DNA of 53,587 bases, the filler included, from Sphacelaria rigidula (lineage: Eukaryota): NCBI GenBank assembly GCA_964200075.2. It is 4 parts of 4 records of this genome, joined end to end, with 100 filler letters (N's around TTAATTAATTAA, not from the genome) between each part and the next. Parts side by side here need not be neighbours in the genome. Positions count along the whole stretch, not along the records: positions 40,267 to 53,587 come from CAXNAA020002967.1; 3 more parts are not named here. One strand, given 5' to 3'. A program made the translations under genes and the position numbers. Under the pieces are notes generated by a model that ran no database searches, had not been told where the DNA came from, and saw only the letters and a program-made list of their open reading frames with translations. Of this stretch, positions 40,267 through 52,168 are shown piece by piece. Positions within the stretch are counted from its first letter, which is position 1, and each line of letters opens with the position of its first letter.

Positions 40267-40798
40267 TCGTGGAAGTGCATTTCTGAGCTTAAACGATTCA
40301 TTCACTGATTGACCGCTTTTCACTCTCAATCATATCATCTACTCTCAATCTCAAGAAAACACTGTTAATTGTGATGTATCGAAAGTCAACGCCCAGAAAA
40401 TCGGAGAATGGTCTGGTTTGCTCACAGCTAGCCGAAAAACATTGCCCAACGGCGACTGGGGTCCGAAAAATCGATCCACGGGAGAAAATCGCCTGTAGAC
40501 GGGCTGAAATCCTCCTATTATTTGTAAAAATCGGGATTCGTTGCCATAAAAGTGAGTCTTACTACAAGAATAAAACATTGACTTTGATAACAACAAATCA
40601 GGTAGCTTAATATGCAACTTGTCGCACTCCCGAGCAAGAAATCGTGATTCTAATTCCTACCACTGCAATTTCTCGACCGTTTTTTTCTGCCAGTACCATG
40701 CCCATGCTGTATGAAGTATGTTGTATGTGCGCTATTATAAAGGCTGTACAAGCATAATATTAGAAAGTTTCGGAAGATTTTTTTCTGATCATAGAGTC

Positions 40799-40990
40799 AG
40801 GCCCTGTCTTATCAAATTGTTTTTGTGTCGAAAACGTGCGGTCGAATCGAATTCGCTCGTTCCTGATTCGTCCACGCTGCTAATTTTCTCACATGGTTGA
40901 TAACATGAATGTCGTGGACGTATCAGGTACGAGCAAATTCGATTCCACCATACGTTTTCGAGTCCAAAACAATTTGATAAGACACGGCCT
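40799..40990. mobile_element. Foldback/MITE-like hairpin, 192 bp
   Basis: About 78-bp imperfect arms (aggccctgtcttatcaaattgtttt.. / ..aaaacaatttgataagacacggcct) with a spacer of about 37 bp. AGAGT occurs on both flanks. Confidence 0.75.
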
Positions 40991-41127
40991 CAGAGTGCAG
41001 AGTGGAAGCAATAAAACTTCAGAGTGGACGCTAAAAAGTTCATAGCGGAAGCTGATGTGACGTGGCTTGATGTGGACTCTTTTTTCCCGCAGTGGTTGGC
41101 CGCAGGTTGTGCCGCCTCTTAAATGTG

Positions 41128-41227
41128 CGATCTGTGACGGTTCAAGAGACAACCAACTAGACTACTGACAAGTCAGCGCTGACTTGTCAGTAGTCTAGTT
41201 GGTTGTCTCTCAAACCGTCACAGATCG
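41128..41227. other. 100-bp spacer-less palindrome
   Basis: 48 of 50 positions pair about the centre 41177/41178 (..gacaagtcagc|gctgacttgtc..). Confidence 0.95.
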
Positions 41228-41534
41228 TCCAGCGTGCAGTCAGGTGCAGTCCGAACATGCACCAGTCAACACAGCATTTGCTATACCATACTCTATGCGG
41301 CACCGTACGTACCGTACACCACGCTTCATTGCACCTGTAGTACCTCAATTCACCGCGGTGCACCACAGGGTACTGTAGTGCTGGAGGGCTCTGCAGTGTG
41401 TCGAGTACAGCCAGTGCAGTATAGAGAGTGAAATGCAGAACCCTACAACAGTACATTGCGGTACGGTGAACTACAGCGATGCCGTACAGACAGTCAGTTG
41501 TACAGTAATACAGCAGCACAACAGTACAGTAGTA

Positions 41535-42330
41535 GGTAGCACTTTCAAACAACAGACAAGGCCGCATCGTGATGATTTCCCAACATGCTACACATGAGTG
41601 TGGTGCAAGAAGTGATGACCTCTAACGAAATGGCAATGTAGTCAGGTGTACTACTGCTTGTGCGTTGTAGACTACGAATTATTCACACCGTTCTTACAGC
41701 TGAGGCTGGCAAAAATGAGGAACTGTAGCCAAGGCAACGGCTTGTATCCGTCGAGCATTTAAATTTTCACTAAGCACAACCAAGCGGATGCTGATACCGT
41801 GACAGCGCCGGGGAGGTCTTCTAATTGCGATGCAAAGCGCTTTTACTCGGTGACTGGCTTATTGTGATGAGCATGACAGTTATGACTCTCCTTCAACTCT
41901 AACCTTTACTATTATACTGTACAGCGATACCGTACGGAGAGTCAGTTATACGAACATCTTTTTTAGTACGGACAGTACGGTACGCAGCACTTTCAAACAG
42001 CTGACCTCGGCCGCATTGCGATGATTTCTCCACATACCACCCATAACGGTGGTGCAAGACCCCATGATCTCTCACGAGATGGAAATACAGCCAGGTGTAG
42101 TACTGCTTGTACGCTGTAGACTACGAATCGTTCCCACCGTCTTATTCGAGCTGAGGCTGGCAAGAATGAGGAACTGCACCCAACTCAACGTGTGCCCGTC
42201 GAGCATTTGCATATTCACGCAACACAACCTAGCGGATGCTGATACCATGGCGGCGTCAGGGAGGTCTTCTGATTGCCATGCCAAGGTGTTCTACTTCGTG
42301 AATGGCCCATTGTGATGAGTATGGCAGTTT
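41535..42330. repeat. Two diverged direct copies of an approximately 345-bp unit (41535-41881, 41984-42330)
   Basis: Shared blocks agcactttcaaaca, tgtagactacgaat, agctgaggctggcaa, agcggatgctgatacc and gggaggtcttct. Confidence 0.85.
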
Positions 42331-42629
42331 TGATGGATGATGAATGTCCCACTTTGCGTGTTAGAGTCTGTTGACTTTGGACTGGACGTGAGCATGGCGG
42401 TGAAGGTGGGCGTGGTTCTTCTCCATTCCGCTATGAGCTCCGAAGAGGAACAACGGTTTTCAGAGTGAAGTGGTGCGAACGGCACTCTGACTCTGAAAAA
42501 ATCGCTCTGAAAAAAACTTCAGAGCGGAAAGTGCACCGTTATCGGCTATTTTTCCTTCCACTCTGACTCTAAGATTTGAAAAAATATTTTCCGAAACTCT
42601 CCATGAACAATAATGAACAGTACTCGGGG

Positions 42630-42850
42630 TGACGAAACCCTCTGAAGCGTAGTGTGCGGCGCTAAAAAAAACACTACAGCCAAATCCCCGATACAAACAC
42701 TGCACAGTTTCCCTGAAACCCTGTGAAGCGTACTGTGTGGCGCAGAAAAACACCCTACAGCTAAATCCCCGCGACAAACACTGCACAGTCTTCCTGAACC
42801 CTGTAGACGTGCCCCACAGGGTGCTATCTGTCCACGTGTGCACTGCTCAC
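42630..42850. repeat. Approximately 81-bp tandem units, related in inverted orientation to 32130-32360
   Basis: Shared cacacgtggacagatagcaccctgtg and agggtttcgtcRccccg between the two contigs. Confidence 0.7.
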
Positions 42851-43539
42851 CTGCCCCGAACAATTTTTTTAAACTTAATCAACTCTAAAGTCGAGTAGTC
42901 ATCCCTGTCAAGGATTGTGTACGAACATTTCATCAGGTTTACTGCTCTAAGGGTCAACGGGCCTCTGATTATCCTAGAAACCAACGTGTCGTGTAACAAT
43001 TTAAAAGGTGAATGCCACGCCGGTCGAAAAAACAATGCCACTCTTAATTGGATCTTCACTACGAAAACATTGTACTATGGTGATGCTGTACTCTGGTGTG
43101 CTGGTATATCTCAGCAGACTGCTGAATGATGCTGTGTTTCAAAGATCGCTAGCGTCTGTCGCCGCATTGGATCGTTTCTTTGACGGCGGTCTGCGCCGGC
43201 GCAACAGTATGAAGTCTCTCTCAGATACTCAACAAGAGGTGCTCGAAAAGTCGATGACTAGTCCAAAGAAGTATATTTTCAGCATGCTCTGTTACGTGTT
43301 CCGTAGCGCATAGACGCAGGTCCTGCTCAAAAGAATCCGCACAATCTATAACAGCGGTTTTTCTGTTGGACTGCTCATTATCATGCTTGCGCTGCCGTGC
43401 AGAAACTTCTGGGTTAGGGTTACATGGTCGAAACTGCTTGCGAATCCCGAGCTTTTTGGATGAAACAAATGAATTTCGATGGCCTCTTCAACCTCACCCA
43501 AATGTTGAACCTCAAAAACGAATCCAGGCTGTTCGGTCT

Positions 43540-44410
43540 AACTTGGCCAATTTTACATCTTGTGCGTGTTTTTATTTGCCTGTAACGCTGTCGGTGCTTA
43601 AAGCTACACGTCGATGTCCTACTCAGGGATATCAAAGCCTTTAGTGGCGAGCTATTTCAGAAAGTGTATCGGCCCTCGTGGAGTAGCATTTCGGAACTGA
43701 ACAACTCCGTTCACTAATTGATCGCTTTTTACTCTCAATCGTATCCTGAACTCTCAATCTCACGAAAACATAATAGTTACACGCCCTGTACCTTCATGAT
43801 TCCCAAGAGAAGCAAAATATTATCTCCTCATTTGTACAGTGCAGTTAGTCAAGATGTATGCAGCATTAGGGCTGAGTGCGCTCCAAAATGCGAAATGCAG
43901 GGAACTGTGCTGATATTGTAGGCTTCCTTGCAAGATGGGGGGGGGGGGGGGGGGAGGAAANNNNNNNNNNGAGGGGGGGTGTGGGGGAGAGGGGGGGAGA
44001 GGGGGGGGGGGGGGGGGGGGGGGGAGAGAAGAAAATATTCGAAGAAAACGTGCAAAAAAGAAAGAAAAAAAGTTCGTTCATCTAGACCGGCCCTGAGGAC
44101 ACCTTACGTATTCTTGACCTCCTTATATTCCGCTGTCAACAATGTTTTCGCGAGATTGAGAGTAGAGGGTACGATTGAAAGCGAAAAACGGCAAGTTACT
44201 GAGTCAATCGTTTCAGTTCCGAAGTACCCCCCCACGAGGCCCGATAAGCTTTCTGTAGTAGCTTGCCACTGAGGCCCTTGATACCGCTGAGGAGGATATC
44301 GACGCGTAGCTGTAAGCAGACGCCAGTGATGGAGAGTGTAGTTGTAGGCACACGCCAGTGATGGAGACAAAGAAAAGCACACTTGGAGTGAAAAATTGGC
44401 CGAGTCAAAG
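43540..44410. repeat. Inverted pair of a diverged interspersed repeat (43540-43770 plus, 44140-44410 minus); third partial copy at 40267-40365
   Basis: Shared agctacRcgtcgat..cctcgtgg..ttcggaactgaa..actctcaatctc.cgaaaaca. Confidence 0.72.
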
Positions 44411-47400
44411 CGAATGAACAAAGCCACTCATCAATCTCACGAAAACGTTGGTTGGCTTCCTTTCGCGCTCGATTTGGAGGATCGCCAACAATTTCACAGG
44501 GCTCTTCAACCCTGGAGCTGATCGCCGTTCAGGTTGTGGGCAGGTGTTCCAAACCGCAACGAGGCACAGCAACTCCATGTCGGAACATCTTCTTCGCTTC
44601 CCATCATCCACTATCCATTATCCATCATTGGCTCGGAGCACACATACTACAGCTGCGAAAGACCGGAAGAAAAATCGTCACCCTACATGCAACAAGAGAA
44701 AAGAAGAAACGCAGACTAGAAGAGAGTAAGAAACGAAGACTAAACCACCAAACCACCATAACCATACTTCCATTTTTCACTCAACAAGCAAAAACATCAT
44801 CACAGTACGCCCACCATGCATGTAGGTGTCATATTCGTCCATCAAACACACGTCCATGCACCTAGGATAGTCCCATGCCCAGCAATCAGCATATGACCCC
44901 GTCCGTTTGTTATCCGGCAAAAAGGTGTGCTTTAGCTGGCTGTAGACATGGTACACATGACGTGCACAAGGAAGGCTTCTACTCCCTCAACATCAAACCA
45001 TTAGATTCCCTAGATAGAGATCCAAACCTACTTCATTCCAATCCACCACCATCTCGTAAAGTCAGGACCACGACGGCTTGCCACGTTCGAACAACACAAG
45101 ATTGACAAGGTACATATATTCTTCATCACCCAGCTCCCCCCCTCCCCCTCCTCCCCGATCCCCCATACTGTACAACACGTGATTTGCGGAACGATCTGCG
45201 CTTTCCTTTTGTGTATCAAAACTGAGTTCGCCATCGCCATAAAAACGAAGCAATTCATCAACGTTCAACGTGCACCTTGTTACTGTACCTACAACGGTCC
45301 TGAGCCACGCACGCATCCAAACGCGGGAGAGGCTTTTGCAGCCTGGGCAACAGCCCACCCACCAACCTCGCGCGACCAAGCTAAGGCTAAAGCGAAAGAT
45401 GAACATACATGATACATATCATGTATATGAAACCACAGCATAGAAGGATTCAAAGCAAAAAAAAAACAAATAAATGAAGGTCGACTTTTCTCTGCGAGAG
45501 GCCCAGTTGTTTTTGCGGCACTTTGTGGCCAAAACGACACCGCCGTGATAAAAATGTGCATACACCTTTCCATCACCACTTCCTTTCGAGTGTCGACTGC
45601 CGATAGCTGTATCCTTCCCCTCCCCGCCGCCTCACAATCCTCGCCGTCCTTTTTTTCCGCGCGGGGCACCTGTCACGGGAGCTCCTCAGACCTCGACACC
45701 TCTCCTCACCAAAAAGGTTACACACAGTCAGCTCGATTCGGCTGAGGATACTACACTAGAGGGAAATATGGCAAAACTTCATGTGGCTTAACTCGCACAT
45801 ATACTAATAATACTATACACTAGAAACATTGCGTACGTGCACTGCTGCGCACATTTGCCTCCCAGAAAAACCATACCCGCACACACAAACACACATACCA
45901 GAGAATACATGGTGCGTGAGAGCGATAACGCTCCCCTCGCCTCTTGGGTTCCGGGGGAAAACGCCCCAGGAATTTATTCCTGCCCGTACAAAAAAACCCG
46001 AAGACAGAAGGTGACAGACATCATTTCGCACAAATATAAAGTCATCATCTCCGATTTGGACAGAATAAAAAAGACGCTCACGTCCTGTAGTACTAGAATT
46101 ACCCCCCCAAAAAAAACACTTTTCAAAAATTACTACAGCGATCGATTCCAACAATCCGCCTCCTTTTCAAACACCTACACACGCACACGAACGATTTCAA
46201 AATTGTTGTCGGGACTTTGCACCCCATCTCTGTCTCTGTCCTACCCATCTTCCTTTTATTCACACGAAAAGCTGCAACCCTACCCACGAAAAAGCTGGTC
46301 ATATCTTCCTTTGTACTTCACTAAAGGGATGAAGGGAAACACCAAATGCATGAATTCAACTTCTCGGAAGAGTCACCTTGGTGGGGGGGGGGGGACAGGA
46401 AATGCGAAAAACAAGAACAAAAACAAAAACAAAACTTCCTGAATTTCCCTCATCAAGAGAAATGAACCTAAACAGGTATCTGTGATCAACACACATGCTA
46501 TGTGTTCCTTGTGAATTTGTACATGATCAAGGAGGCACCAACACTGACGGGAGGGGACAGTGGTGAAAACATGAAAAAAAAAAATTAGGCGAGAAAAAAT
46601 AAAGGAGGGCGAAGGGCAAGTAAGCAGTGACAAAACAAAAGAAGTGGGGGTAACGATATATCCGTCCGCTCGCTCCAACTGTTCGACCACGCCTGTCCGG
46701 CACGCTTACACCGCCCAACGCCTCCCTCTCCCCTTGCGCGCACCCCTCTTCCGGGCAGAGCGCCAAAACCTGCCATGCTGCTCTTCAAGTCGCCGCTTGA
46801 TTACGGTAACCTCGTCGTATCTCACACGCACCCAATCGCCCTTGCCTCCACATCCGAAATATGTACCTGTTCCGCCTGTTCCCTATTTTCCCACAATGTG
46901 GGTTGCTTTTCCATCCCGCCCGACCCACCCAAACAGCAGTCAACACCGAGACTCTGAGCATGCGCGAAAACCTAAGGTCAGGAGTCGACCGTGCTTGGCG
47001 CTTTGCAGCCAAGGGTCGGCCATATCCCTCGATAGTACTCCGAGATGTATTCGCCATGTTCCAATATATAGTGATGACGGTTATACATCGGATGCTCCCT
47101 CAACCACACGAAGACATGTCCGTCGACACGCAGAACGGGGGATTAGAATGGGCTCCCCCGTCCCTCTCATCTTGCGATATCCACACAGCCGATGTTGGCA
47201 ATGTCCACATAGTCAATGTTTCGACACATAGTCCATGCTATAACATCCATGCCCACGGCCGAGCGTTACGCTAATACTGTACGTCTTCGAAAACATCACA
47301 ACGCTCAAATCACCGCACTACACGATTGCCGGCCCGTGCCCATAGCGCTCTCTCGCGCGCCTTGTCATCTGTCTCCCTCGCTTTGAGCTTTGCTTCCGAT

Positions 47401-48542
47401 CGCCCCAACGCTGTTCGGTACGCATTGTTTGCCGTCACTAGACACTGTCCGCTATCACCACCCCCGAGAGGGCGGAGGGGAGGGGGGGCGCACCGTCACA
47501 TTATCGCGCATGAAGCCTGCACCCACTTGACAGCATCGAACTGCTCATCCCGACACCGAAGACAACGGCTGTAGTCGGGGCTTGAGACCGCAGCCGATGG
47601 TGACCTAGCGGAAGAAAAAATCCGGGCGGAACATAAGGAGGGAACGCAACAGTTCAGCACCTTTGATGAAGACTTGACAAGTGCGCAGACGATAAACGTC
47701 AGAGAGAGACAACCGCGGGATGTCCATGCGCATGCAGACCAAATTTCTCGCTCAACGTCTAGTCAGATTTTGATTGCCCTCAGTTCGGAACAACCCCTGA
47801 AATGTTGGTCGGATACTGCTCTCAGTTTCACAAGAACCTTCCTAACAAGGTGTCACATGGCGTTCAACTTCAAGACAGCGCCTCGAAATCCTGCTGAAGC
47901 GTCGATTCACGTACTGGTGATGAGCATGGAGTATTCCGGAGTACCTGACTACAGCACGCAGAGCTTGTTGTGTTGTTTCCTTCGTGTGCCAGTTCTTGAT
48001 GCCACATTACAGCACGGCGATTGAAAAGCACCAGGAGTGAACAAAAACAGAAGCAAGAGCAACCAGCCGAACCAACTTCTTGACAAGAACAGGTGGCCAT
48101 CATGTGTACAGAATACGCATCGAGCAGAGACGGGTGCTGTGACTCTGACCTCTCGCGTGCTGGGACAACTCCTCGACTTCATTGCTGGAGTATGACGCGT
48201 AGCACAGCTTGCGATATTGAAGCCGATGATCGTATGCGGTGTAGACTGCCGTTCTCACATCCATGAACAACTGTCATCTAGATACACACACGGGGTGATG
48301 TTTCTTCTTCCATCGCATTTGCGCTTACATTCAGACCCGCAGTCGTCCGAAAGGTTTCTAGGCAGCAAGGTGAATGAGCACCACTACTGTTGTACTGGCA
48401 GAATGTCATTACCGTGCTGTACATACCAGCATGATGCCAACAATACCAGGAAATCTATCCCGCGGGGGTGGGGGGGGGGGATCCACTGTGCCAGTCGTTT
48501 CGTGTGTTGCATACGGTATTCTGCGGAAACAAAAAAATGGTC

Positions 48543-49934
48543 AAGGCTGGTTCACGGAAAATATATATATATATATATATGTCATCAGCAAATGCCTTCT
48601 GCAAAAAGTACCCAATAGTCGCATACATGGTAGCATACTGACCGCGATGAACAGACGAAGAGGGTGACATAGCCGGATTTTTTTTCAAAGCCAAAGCGGT
48701 GGCGCTATGGACAAAAATGTGTCTCGACCAAACAGCGCCTTTCAAACTGTTCCGAAATTGAAAATACAAATTTCCAATCCCAATTTCTACCGAATCTTCA
48801 CATGCTTTGAATCGTAGTGACCGTCATCAACCCAAGAACCTACGGGGAGAATAGGATTCGTCGTCTAATTTCCACTCATGACACGAAGGAAAGACCCAGG
48901 AAGCCTCGTGACGATTTCCCTTATATCTGTTGTAGAAAAGTTCAGATCATCCTCAACCTTGGCAGTTCCATAGGTATTGATGCTCCAAATAGAACTCTGT
49001 TCTTGGAAAGGTTTCAAAGTTTCTCCGCTCTCTACTGGCTTCCGGGGGTCCCAGTACAAAGACCCCCGAAAGGTGGTACAGAATGACTCAAAAAATAATA
49101 GTAACATGATGCGTTCCAGGATGGTCCAAGGAACACATGTACAATTTTTGGTGGAGAAACTCAAACATCCCATACAATTTTTTCTGCCTTGAAGTAAAAT
49201 TCACCCCATAGATGTTTTCCTACTCAAACCAAGTAGTTAGGAGTTTGCACGTTCCAAGCTCACATCCTCGCACAAACGTGCTATTAATCATTACGCAAGT
49301 TTCGATCAAGGTTTTTCTGATTCTCGATTTTTTATCGTTTTTCGGGGGTCCGACACATCAAGTCGTTTTTTCACAGTTATCCATTCTGGGACCCCGGAAA
49401 ACCGGCACTACAATATGTTGGGGGTTTTTTCGCGAACGCTCTGCCGCCGCAAACCCAAGGAAAAACCCCACAAAGTTTCGTGGCCAAACTCGATTAACTG
49501 GTGCTTGAATTTTCATGTTCACGTCGAGAAAGGCCCAAAAGCGCCACTTTCATTCTAAATCTGGTATTATAGTTTGCCCTTTCACCGTGGCACGGCAGGG
49601 TTCATCGAACAAGCGCGAAAAACTTTGCGCCATTTCAAGGAGTTAGACCCTGACATTTTGCACAGGTGTGCTATGGTTTATTATGCAACTTTCAATGGAC
49701 GAGGTTTTTTTTACCGTTTTACGGGCGTCCGACTGGATCGAAGTTTTCCCGGAAAAACTGGGACCCCGGAAAAACGGTGGAAAAGTCCAAAATACATTAA
49801 AAAAAAAACTCGTCAATGAAAAGTTGCGTAATGACCCAGAGAACATATGTGCAAAATTTCAGGGTCTAACTCCCTAAGACGGCGTGAAGTTTTGCCGGTA
49901 AGTGTTTTTGGGGGGTTTTCCGTGAACCAGCCTG
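48543..49934. mobile_element. Non-autonomous TIR element of about 1.39 kb (Tc1/mariner-like ends)
   Basis: 18-bp perfect TIR AGGCTGGTTCACGGAAAA at 48544 and, inverted, ending at 49933, followed by G-TA. Internal long inverted repeat at 49639-49873. No transposase ORF. Confidence 0.7.
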
Positions 49935-51816
49935 TACAGTAACATTAAATGGGCACGTCAACAGCACATGCTGTACCAACAGCTGCCGCACTACCGCCCA
50001 ACCGCCAGGGCCGACGAGGCCGCGATTGACAGGCCAACCGCTGCCAATACTGCCCATCATCGTTCAAGTCGGATTGAGCTACATCCTAAACATAACGTGT
50101 GGGCGGAGGGGGTAGTAGTAGCACAAGGAGCGCATGCGCCTTCCCGCGGATGCCTCAATCATCATCGCCACTCTGTATACTACACTGAACTAGACATTGG
50201 TGAACACAAACATCAGAGTAGACGGCGCTTTGTTCTGCTGGAACGGGGGGGGGGGGGGGGGGACTAGGTAGACGCAAGACGTGACCCTGAAAAGTCTAAC
50301 TGTAGTCTCTCAGAGTCTTCGTGATCTACATCACCATCGGTTCAGTCACTTTCGATCCGGCTTTCAATTTGGCAAGCAAGGCGAAAACATTGGTCACGTA
50401 GGTCATTCTCCATGTTTTTGGAGGGACCGGAAGGAATGGAAGGACTAATTGAACTGTACGTGAAATTGATGGCTCGGCCAAAAGTCAGACCAGGTGTACG
50501 TAAAAATTGGAAACGTGCGCTGGAATCGCTTATCGGCAAACGTAAAGGGTGTTATTAACGTCAAACATTTTGAATTTTCTTCTCCTCTTTCCCCGAAAAT
50601 TGGAACTTTTTTTTCAACCTCTCCGCGAAATAAAATGCTGAAAAACATCTGACGCTAGATTTTCGGAGGAATATGTCCCCAGTCTCAAATTGATCTATTG
50701 CCCGGCCTGGTTGATAACTATGCTCTCACAAAATGTCGGGGGAAAGCTGGTTTCTCCGAAAGTATGGGAGATATCGGCAATAATAACCATAAGAAGTCTT
50801 TCCGAGGTGGAATAATACAAAAAGCCCATGCCTCGTGGATCTACTTTTCGGAGAAAAAAACGATTTTTGATGTTGCAGACCCATATTCTCTCGAGAAAGT
50901 GTGGGCTGGTTGATGACCCCGATCCTAAGGATAAAAACGCCAAACGTACTACAAACGTTCATGTTAACAAGGTTTGATTGCGGGTCCCCCAGTACAGTAC
51001 AGTAGTGCAGTCCTGTCGGTGAGATGGCTGGTCTTCGTCATGGAGCGGAGCGGCGGGACACCATGCATGCACCATAGATTTTCTTCTTCAAATCTATGTG
51101 CGCGCCCACTGCATGTGCACAAGTACAGCAGTCAACGGTCGCAAGACACCTTCACCCCGCCCGTCCGCTCAGCATGAAGCCAACCAACTTGTCGCACAGC
51201 ACAGCAAGAGGGCTGTCAACTTAATGGTGGGGAACTATATTGATACTATAAATGAGGTGCCGCAAACCCTAACGCTGACCCTAACCCTAACATCGACCAA
51301 GGCATAAAAAACCCTCGGACGCGGGGGGTGCAGAGCATGCCCAAGGCAAAGTGTGCGGTTGCAGACCTCAAATCGGCGCCTGCGACGCATATTTGGATAA
51401 AAAGACGTTCTGGGCGGGCTCAGAGCACCTGGGACACTCATCCACTATACAGATCCAAATATCCGTGTTCCTTCTACAATCAAGTAAGAACCGTTGTTTC
51501 CGACCATTACTTGAACTCTGTTGGCACAGCAACGCACTGCGGTCCAAAATATACCACCGTAGCTCCCCGGTACCCGATGCGGACGTCATTGATCGGGCCC
51601 CAAAATATTCTGGATTTTGAGCCGAGGCAAAAATCTCATCTCGCGCGTCTCGTGAGCCTACACGCTTGCTGTACACATGAGATGAAATGCCTAGCCTCGA
51701 ATGCGCAAAATGAGATGACGAACGTGGTTCTCTCTATCCCAAAAATGGGCTGTGTACTGTGCTCTACTGTTTTGTATTGCTGCGTTATACTGTCGCGTGC
51801 GTTGCATGTGAACTGA

Positions 51817-52168
51817 CTGTGTGTGTGTGTTGTCGTCCCATCCATTCTGGACGCCGGTCTACACCTTTCGGTATATGTGGGCGCGCACCAGCCGGTCACA
51901 CAGGAAGGTCAACACAGGAGTTTTTCTTTTTTGTTTGTTGTTCACTGCTCCACCTTCCTTCTGCGGTGCTTGCCGATGTTCTTCATCGCGAGAGGGGTTC
52001 AGCAGTCCCTTTCCCTCGTCGACCGTTAAGTTGACTTTTGTGTACCCACGACATCGTCACTCTCCACTGGTGGGCATGGTGTCGGAAAAAATCCCAGATC
52101 GCTCCGAGACTTGAACCCACGACCCAAAAGTCTGAAGGTTTCGACGTTACCAACTGAGCCACTGGGGC
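51817..52168 (-). mobile_element. tRNA-derived SINE of about 350 bp
   Basis: The head has A box TGGCTCAGTTGG and B box GGTTCAAGTC but no acceptor stem. An unrelated body follows, ending in a (CA)n tail. Confidence 0.75.

Noticed and set aside
43936..44030. G-quadruplex or Gly/Pro-rich ORFs
   Set aside because: Poly-G runs flank a 10-N gap and are likely low-quality sequence.
47700..47950. TGA recoding (Trp or Sec) in the minus-strand ORFs
   Set aside because: TAA and TAG stops and frameshifts also occur nearby, and the PTPA exons need no recoding. Mutational decay is simpler.
52099..52168. tRNA with a TCA anticodon (opal suppressor or tRNA-Sec)
   Set aside because: A CTTCAGA loop can be drawn, but the acceptor and D stems do not pair and there is no long variable arm. 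It is better explained as a SINE head.
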